From a virus, in IMG/VR virus record IMGVR_UViG_3300043446_003692, positions 6,210 through 70,209 of that record: a stretch of DNA of 64,000 bases, one strand, 5' to 3'. Below, piece after piece: positions 58,362-64,000 of this stretch. The notes under the pieces were generated by a model. That model was not told where the DNA came from. It did not search any database and worked only from the letters and a program-made list of their open reading frames with translations. How positions within the stretch are numbered: position 1 is the stretch's first letter; each line of letters starts with the position of its first letter. The translations under genes were made by a program, and so were the position numbers.

Positions 58362-59417
58362 ATGACAGACCAAGTAGAAAACATTGAAACTGTAGAAGAG
58401 GAAGTTGCTCTTGACGAGGCTTCTATGGCTGCAGATTCACTCAAGCCAAATTCGCGCTCTGGTGGTTCAGATCCAAAATCAAAGGTTGGATATCTAACTG
58501 CAATCATCGGCACACTTGCTTCCGCTAAGAAGGAAGATCTTGTTAAGTGGTTTGACCAGACACAAGCACAGTTTGGACCAGGCAAGGATTATGGCGTTGG
58601 CGACAAGTCAGGTGCCAATCAGTCAACTGTTGACATGAAGGGCGGCAAGGGTCCAAAAACTAAGGACGCTATGCCAAAGCTCAATGTACGCGAAGACGTT
58701 GAGGAGATGTTCAACGGTCAGGATCTTTCCGAAGAGTTCAAGGATAGCGCTGCTACTCTATTCGAAGCTGCTATCAATGCTCGTCTTGTACTCGAGACTG
58801 CACGTCTTGAGGAAGAGTTTGAAACAAAGCTAACTGAAGCTGTAGCTGAAATCGAGGAAGAGCTTTCTTCCAAGGTTGATTCTTATCTCGACTATGTTGT
58901 TGAAACATGGATAGAGCAGAACGAAGTAGCAATTGAGGCTTCTATCCGCAACGAGCTTGCTGAAGAGTTCATTGAGGGTCTTAAGAATCTATTCGCCGAA
59001 CATTATATTGATGTACCACAAGAAAAGATGGACATCATTGAAGGTCTCGCAGAGAAAGTCGAAGAGCTAGAAAAGAAGCTCGACGAAGCTATCGAAGAGA
59101 ATGTTGCTATGAATGAGGCTCTTGTTGAGGCAGAAAAGAAAGAAATTTTCGGCTCGATGCTCGAGGATCTTACTCTTTCACAGCAGGAAAAGTTCAAGGC
59201 TCTCGCTGAGGGCATTGATTTTGACGGCGATTTAGAAGTTTATTCTAAGAAACTTTCAATCGTTAAGGAAAACTATTTTGCCGAGAAGAAGGCACCAGTA
59301 GTTACTTCAACTATTGAAGAAGAAACCTTTGAGGGTGAAGCTGCGCCAAACACCGTAGCAGTTGATCCTGTAGTCAACCGTTACGTTCAGGCGATCGCAA
59401 GATCCGTCAAGAAGTAA
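58362..59417 (+). CDS. gp22: Prohead scaffold protein gp22
   Basis: LSEEFK..AA.LFEAA, VDSYLDYVVE.W, GLKNLF.EHYIDVP. Confidence 0.93.
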   Translation: MTDQVENIETVEEEVALDEASMAADSLKPNSRSGGSDPKSKVGYLTAIIGTLASAKKEDLVKWFDQTQAQFGPGKDYGVGDKSGANQSTVDMKGGKGPKTKDAMPKLNVREDVEEMFNGQDLSEEFKDSAATLFEAAINARLVLETARLEEEFETKLTEAVAEIEEELSSKVDSYLDYVVETWIEQNEVAIEASIRNELAEEFIEGLKNLFAEHYIDVPQEKMDIIEGLAEKVEELEKKLDEAIEENVAMNEALVEAEKKEIFGSMLEDLTLSQQEKFKALAEGIDFDGDLEVYSKKLSIVKENYFAEKKAPVVTSTIEEETFEGEAAPNTVAVDPVVNRYVQAIARSVKK

Positions 59418-59421
59418 TTAA

Positions 59422-59429
59422 TATAAATA
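59422..59429 (+). promoter_or_regulatory. T4 late promoter TATAAATA
   Basis: Perfect consensus upstream of gp23. Confidence 0.85.
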
Positions 59430-59462
59430 AATTCATATCCTAGCTTTCAAAAGGAGACAAAA

Positions 59463-60875
59463 ATGTATCTAGCTGAGGAAATCCAAAAGAAGTGGTCGCC
59501 AGTTCTTGACCACGAAGCTCTCGGTGGCATCAAGGACGCTCACCGCCGTTCCGTAACTGCAGTTGTTCTTGAGAACACTGAGCGCGCACTCCGCGAGGCT
59601 GGCGCCCATGGTTCTTATCAGACTCTAACTGAGACCGATTACGCTTCCAACCTTCCAGTTAACAACATGGGTGGTTCGAGCTCATCCGCTGGTTCAGGTG
59701 GTATCGATACTTTCGATCCAGTTCTGATCTCGCTCGTACGTCGTGCAATGCCTAACCTCATTGCTTATGACATCTGCGGCGTTCAGCCAATGACTGGTCC
59801 AACTGGTCTTATCTTCGCAATGCGTTCGAAGTATAACAACCAGGGTAACGGAACTTCCAATACCTCTTATGCTGGTAACCAGGCTAACGAAACATTCTAC
59901 AACGAAGTTAACACTGCGTTCTCGACTGTTGTTGCTGGTAACTCAACCTTCGGTCAGGCTTATACTGCTGGTAGCGGTATCCCAGGTCAGACAACCACTA
60001 CTCCACTCGCCAACACTGGATCCTATAACACTGGTTTCGGTATGTCCACTGCTACTGCAGAAGGACTCGGCGCTCTCGGAACTGGTTCTGACGACTTCAA
60101 CCAGATGGCTTTCTCGATTGAGAAGGTAACTGTAACTGCTAAGTCCCGTGCACTCAAGGCTGAGTACACTATGGAACTCGCACAGGATCTCAAGGCAATT
60201 CATGGTCTTGACGCTGAGACTGAGCTTGCTAACATTCTTTCAGCTGAAATCCTTGCGGAAATCAACCGTGAAGTTGTTCGCGAAATCAACATCACTGCTG
60301 AGCAGGGCGCTGCCGACAACACCACTACTGCTGGTGTGTTCGACCTCGACACTGACTCAAACGGTCGTTGGTCAGTTGAGAAGTTCAAGGGTCTGATGTT
60401 CCAGCTCGAAAGAGAGTCAAACCGTATCGCTCGTGAAACTCGTCGCGGTAAGGGCAACCTTGTTATCTGCTCGTCAGACGTTGCGTCTGCTCTTCAGATG
60501 GCTGGTGTTCTTGACTACACTCCTGCTCTTAACAGCAACAACCTTCAGGTAGACGACACTGGTAACACTTTCGCTGGTGTTCTCAATGGTCGCCTTCGCG
60601 TTTACATCGACCCATATGCAACTGGTGGTAACTATCTCACCGTTGGTTATAAGGGTTCGTCTGCATTCGACGCTGGTCTCTTCTACTGCCCATACGTACC
60701 ACTTCAGATGGTTCGTGCAGTTGATCCAGGCTCTTTCCAGCCAAAGATCGGCTTTAAGACTCGTTACGGAATGGTTGCAAACCCATTCGCTGAGGGTCTT
60801 AACAAGGGTTCAGGACGTCTCGCAACTAGCACTAACAAGTACTATCGTCGCGTTATCGTCACTAACCTTATGTGA
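59463..60875 (+). CDS. gp23: Major capsid protein gp23
   Basis: LISLVRRAMPNLIAYDICGVQPMTGPTGLIFAMR, KSRALKAEYT.ELAQDLKAIHGLDAE, FQPKIGFKTRYG. Confidence 0.98.
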   Translation: MYLAEEIQKKWSPVLDHEALGGIKDAHRRSVTAVVLENTERALREAGAHGSYQTLTETDYASNLPVNNMGGSSSSAGSGGIDTFDPVLISLVRRAMPNLIAYDICGVQPMTGPTGLIFAMRSKYNNQGNGTSNTSYAGNQANETFYNEVNTAFSTVVAGNSTFGQAYTAGSGIPGQTTTTPLANTGSYNTGFGMSTATAEGLGALGTGSDDFNQMAFSIEKVTVTAKSRALKAEYTMELAQDLKAIHGLDAETELANILSAEILAEINREVVREINITAEQGAADNTTTAGVFDLDTDSNGRWSVEKFKGLMFQLERESNRIARETRRGKGNLVICSSDVASALQMAGVLDYTPALNSNNLQVDDTGNTFAGVLNGRLRVYIDPYATGGNYLTVGYKGSSAFDAGLFYCPYVPLQMVRAVDPGSFQPKIGFKTRYGMVANPFAEGLNKGSGRLATSTNKYYRRVIVTNLM

Positions 60876-60909
60876 TCTTATAAAAAGATCGGGTTTAACC
60901 GACAAGATT

Positions 60910-60933
60910 GGGGAGCTTCGGCTCCCCTTTTTT
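60910..60933 (+). terminator. Rho-independent terminator after gp23
   Basis: GGGGAGC-TTCG-GCTCCCC stem-loop (UUCG tetraloop) followed by TTTTTT. Confidence 0.92.
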
Positions 60934-60935
60934 GT

Positions 60936-60963
60936 TTGACTTTTTTGCAAATTTCAGTATAAT
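60936..60963 (+). promoter_or_regulatory. Sigma70-like promoter TTGACT-N16-TATAAT
   Basis: Immediately after the gp23 terminator, upstream of gp3. Confidence 0.6.
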
Positions 60964-61017
60964 CACATATGTGCGCCACTACTAAATACTAGTAATCGTA
61001 TAGATCGGGAAACTTTA

Positions 61018-61539
61018 ATGAGCGCAATAGACAAAACACCTACAAATAAAAATTTTCTCAGCCCACTCAATTTTACGTTTGTGCTGAAAAGATCACCCAA
61101 TTTAAATTTCTTTGTGCAAAAAATTAATTTGCCTTCTATTTCATTAGATTCAGTAAATCAAAATTCTCCGTTACTGCCTATTCCTTTCGCAGCAGGTCAG
61201 ATATCTTTCGAAAGTTTGCAAGTATCATTTAAAGTTGACGAAGATTTGCAAAATTATTTGGAAATTCATAATTGGATTAGAGCTCTTGGATTTCCAGAAT
61301 CAAACGAACAGTATAAAGCTCTTTCATCCCGCGAAAAAGCTACTGGTGAATGGGTAAAATCCGATATTACTATAATAATTTCAAATGGTTTGAAGCAGCC
61401 GAATTACGATATAACTTTTTATGAAGCGTTTCCTATTTCTATTTCAAGTTTAGATTTCGAAACTACAGATAATGATGTTGATTATATCACAGCTACTACA
61501 ACTTTTAAATACGCGTATTATACAATTACAAAATTATAA
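61018..61539 (+). CDS. gp3: Tail completion/tube terminator gp3
   Basis: NFLSP..F.F, F.VDEDL.NY.EIHNW, AFPISISSLDF, TF.Y..Y. Confidence 0.88.
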   Translation: MSAIDKTPTNKNFLSPLNFTFVLKRSPNLNFFVQKINLPSISLDSVNQNSPLLPIPFAAGQISFESLQVSFKVDEDLQNYLEIHNWIRALGFPESNEQYKALSSREKATGEWVKSDITIIISNGLKQPNYDITFYEAFPISISSLDFETTDNDVDYITATTTFKYAYYTITKL

Positions 61540-61540
61540 C

Positions 61541-61569
61541 TTTACTTTTTCTACAAAATAGAGTATACT
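61541..61569 (+). promoter_or_regulatory. Sigma70-like promoter TTTACT-N17-TATACT
   Basis: Upstream of uvsY; shares TTKACTTTTT...AGTATAMT with two other sites. Confidence 0.55.
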
Positions 61570-61592
61570 AATCTCTTATTGTGGAGATCGTG

Positions 61593-62027
61593 ATGAAACT
61601 TGAAGAAATTTTTGAAGAGTGGAAAAAAGATAGCCAGATCGATAAAACAGAGCTGGGCGAAGAGTCGCTGAAGATTCCCAAACTCCATCATAAATACTAT
61701 CAGGTGTTTTCGAGTGAGAAGCTACTGCTGCGTAAGTTGGAAGCTGATTATAAAAAGTTGAAACTTGAGAAGTACGAATTTTACACTCAAGGTCCAAACG
61801 AAGATACTAGAGCGAAGGGATGGGAACTTCCCGCAAAGGGTTTGATCCTCAAAGCAGATATCCCTATGTATATGGAGGCTGATCCTGATCTGATCAATTT
61901 ATCATTGAAGATCGGCTACCAGCAAGAAAAGATAGATTTGTTAGAGTCAATTATTAAAAGTCTAGGCAACCGTGGATATAGTATTAAAACTGCAGTTGAT
62001 TGGGCGAGGTTTATGATGGGAGGCTAA
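61593..62027 (+). CDS. uvsY: Recombination mediator UvsY
   Basis: W.KDS.ID, SLKIP.LH.KY, Y.EAD.DL, RGY.IK.A.DW..F. Confidence 0.9.
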   Translation: MKLEEIFEEWKKDSQIDKTELGEESLKIPKLHHKYYQVFSSEKLLLRKLEADYKKLKLEKYEFYTQGPNEDTRAKGWELPAKGLILKADIPMYMEADPDLINLSLKIGYQQEKIDLLESIIKSLGNRGYSIKTAVDWARFMMGG

Positions 62028-63473
62028 TTGGAAACTGTTCGTGTAGAAAAATACGATGATGTGTACATAAAAGTATATTGTGAGCCAGGAACAGCTTATG
62101 AGATGAGTGAGTTTTTCACCTTCGATGTTCCAGGCGCAAAGTTTATGCCCGCTTATCGAAATAAAGTTTGGGATGGTAAGGTTAGATTATATAACCCGAT
62201 GTCTCAAACTCTGTATTATGGTTTGTTGCCATACGTTGAGAGATTCTGTCGCGAACGTCAGTACGAGATAGATTACCTCAGCGATTTTTCACATGAAGAG
62301 TTTTCAGTTGTTGAAGCCAAGCAGTTTATAGATACTATTGGTTTGACTTTGGAGCCTCGCGATTATCAAGTTAAGGCATTCGTTCATGCAGTTCGTAATC
62401 GCAGAACGCTGTTGCTTTCGCCGACAGCATCAGGTAAATCGCTTATCATTTATTTGCTAACGAGGTATTACGATGCACGCACTCTTATTATTGTTCCAAC
62501 TACTTCTCTTGTTAGTCAGCTTGCTTCTGATTTTGCCGACTATGGTTTTCAATCTGACCGCTATGTGCATAGAGTCTATTCAGGGCAAGATAAATCATCA
62601 GATAAACCAATTACCATCACAACCTGGCAGTCGATATACAAACTTCCTAAAGAGTATTTCGAACGGTTTGATGTGGTCATAGGCGACGAAGCGCACCTAT
62701 TTAAAGCAAAATCTTTGACTTCTATTATGGGTAAGTTGAAAGATTGCAAATATCGTTTCGGATTTACTGGTACATTAGATGGCACCCAAACCAACAAGCT
62801 GGTGCTCGAAGGGTTGTTTGGCGCGGCTAAACGTGTCATTACTACTTCAGAACTTATTGAACAAAAACATCTTGCTGAATTTAAGATCAAATGTTTATTA
62901 TTGAAATACCCAGATGATGTTCGTAAGTTAATCAAGAGCTATGATTATCAAGCTGAAATTGATTGGATTGTTCGTTGCCCGCAGCGTAACAATTTTATTA
63001 AAAACCTCGCGCTCTCGCTCGAGGGTAACACGTTATTGCTTTTCCAATTTGTTGACAAACACGGAAAAGTATTATATGATATGATTCGTAACTCGACGGA
63101 TCGAAAAGTATTTTATGTTTCTGGTTCAGTTGATGGAGATGAACGTGAGCAAATTCGTAAAATTGTTGAGGGAGAAAAAGACGCAATTATCGTCGCTAGC
63201 TACGGAACTTTTTCCACTGGTGTTAACATACGCAATCTGCACAACATTATATTTTCTAGTCCTTCAAAATCGAGGATAAGAAATTTGCAGTCCATTGGTC
63301 GTGGTCTGCGTAAGTCTGAAACTAAAACCGAATCTACTCTTTACGACATTGCTGACGACTTCAGTATCAAAGCGTGGCGTAATCATACACTCAATCATTT
63401 CATTGAAAGAACAAAAATCTACAATGAAGAAAAATTCTCATTCAAGGTATATCCTGTAAATTTAAAGGTATAA
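62028..63473 (+). CDS. uvsW: DNA helicase UvsW
   Basis: PRDYQ, SPTASGKS, GDEAH, GFTGT, STGVNI, LQSIGRGLR (SF2). Confidence 0.95.
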   Translation: METVRVEKYDDVYIKVYCEPGTAYEMSEFFTFDVPGAKFMPAYRNKVWDGKVRLYNPMSQTLYYGLLPYVERFCRERQYEIDYLSDFSHEEFSVVEAKQFIDTIGLTLEPRDYQVKAFVHAVRNRRTLLLSPTASGKSLIIYLLTRYYDARTLIIVPTTSLVSQLASDFADYGFQSDRYVHRVYSGQDKSSDKPITITTWQSIYKLPKEYFERFDVVIGDEAHLFKAKSLTSIMGKLKDCKYRFGFTGTLDGTQTNKLVLEGLFGAAKRVITTSELIEQKHLAEFKIKCLLLKYPDDVRKLIKSYDYQAEIDWIVRCPQRNNFIKNLALSLEGNTLLLFQFVDKHGKVLYDMIRNSTDRKVFYVSGSVDGDEREQIRKIVEGEKDAIIVASYGTFSTGVNIRNLHNIIFSSPSKSRIRNLQSIGRGLRKSETKTESTLYDIADDFSIKAWRNHTLNHFIERTKIYNEEKFSFKVYPVNLKV

Positions 63474-63474
63474 T

Positions 63475-64000
63475 ATGGTTCGCGCAAAAAAAGTACATTA
63501 TGTAAACAACAAAACGTTGTATGAAGAAATGATCAAGTATAAACAAGCAGTCAAGGAAGCCGAAGCTGCTGGTAAACAGAAACCGCGAATCCCAAATTAT
63601 ATTGGTGAATGCTTTATGATGATTTGTAATAAATTGTCAACCAAGCCTAACTTTATGAACTACTCTTATAGAGATGATATGGTTGCTGATGGTATTGAAA
63701 ATTGCATATACTCTATTGATAATTTTGATCCTGAGAAGTCAAACAATCCGTTTGCTTACTTTACGCAAATTGCATGGAATGCTTTTATCCGTCGCATTCA
63801 AAAAGAAAAGAAGCAGTCTTATATCAAACATAAAAATTATGAAAATAATTTTATGCTAGAAGAAATGGAAGATTATGCTGATGCAACAACCAAACATAAA
63901 ATTAACGAAATCTCTTCTGAAATTATTAGGTCATTCGAAGAAAAATTAGAGTTGACTAAAACCATAAAAAATAGTAAGATAGGATTAGAGAAATTTGTAG
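63475..64000 (+). CDS. gp55: Late sigma factor gp55 (runs off the window)
   Basis: Hand translation MVRAKKVHYVNNK...PRIPNYIGECF...KPNF.NYSYRDDM..DGIENC...NFDPEKS.NPFAYFTQI.WNAF.RRIQKEKKQ. Confidence 0.93.
   Translation, partial: MVRAKKVHYVNNKTLYEEMIKYKQAVKEAEAAGKQKPRIPNYIGECFMMICNKLSTKPNFMNYSYRDDMVADGIENCIYSIDNFDPEKSNNPFAYFTQIAWNAFIRRIQKEKKQSYIKHKNYENNFMLEEMEDYADATTKHKINEISSEIIRSFEEKLELTKTIKNSKIGLEKFV

Noticed and set aside
49630-63473. Introns, inteins or homing endonucleases in gp17, gp20, gp23 or uvsW
   Set aside because: ORFs are continuous, of normal length, and show no splicing or endonuclease motifs
63952-63980. Further sigma70-like promoter TTGACT-N17-TAAGAT near the end of gp55
   Set aside because: Lacks the T-run of the three other copies and the downstream gene is outside the window, so it cannot be supported
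1-64000. Stop-codon reassignment or assembly errors explaining the split genes
   Set aside because: Conserved genes translate fully in the standard code, and the split parts of gp5 and the DUF4815 cluster each have their own RBS and start codon
1-64000. tRNA or other structured RNA genes
   Set aside because: Intergenic gaps are very short and no cloverleaf or T-loop signature was seen by eye; a covariance search was not run

Overview
This 64 kb window is the virion morphogenesis region of a large T4-like myophage. Gene order resembles marine/freshwater T4-like phages (cyanophage and alphaproteobacterial-phage type) rather than enteric T4. The host cannot be determined from the window. It contains baseplate hub and wedge genes (gp26, gp51-like, gp54, gp48, gp53, gp27-like, split gp5, PAAR, gp25, gp6, gp7, gp8), gp2/gp4, a DUF4815/VrlC-like structural cluster, several Asn/Ser/Thr-rich fibre proteins, the neck-tail-head block gp13-gp23, then gp3, uvsY, uvsW and the start of gp55. 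The most notable part is a ~12 kb accessory island (33.0-44.8 kb) between two fibre genes. It encodes three 7-bladed RCC1-like propellers, a sulfotransferase, an APS-kinase/HxGH-nucleotidyltransferase fusion, a methyltransferase, two 2OG-Fe(II)-type proteins, a TPR+GT9-like glycosyltransferase and a convergent ADP-heptose operon (cupin, hldE, HAD, hldD). Many structural proteins are dense in N-x-S/T sequons and Ser/Thr tracts. Together these suggest, by inference only, a phage-encoded system that glycosylates (heptose) and sulfates or methylates its own virion proteins. Other observations include a likely -1 frameshift joining gp26 to a start-less gp51-like ORF, a possible LDGGTF/IQIKR daisy-chain docking code among fibre proteins, and a lysozyme-less gp5 with an almost acid-free tail. 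All family assignments are by motif recognition; no database searches were run.
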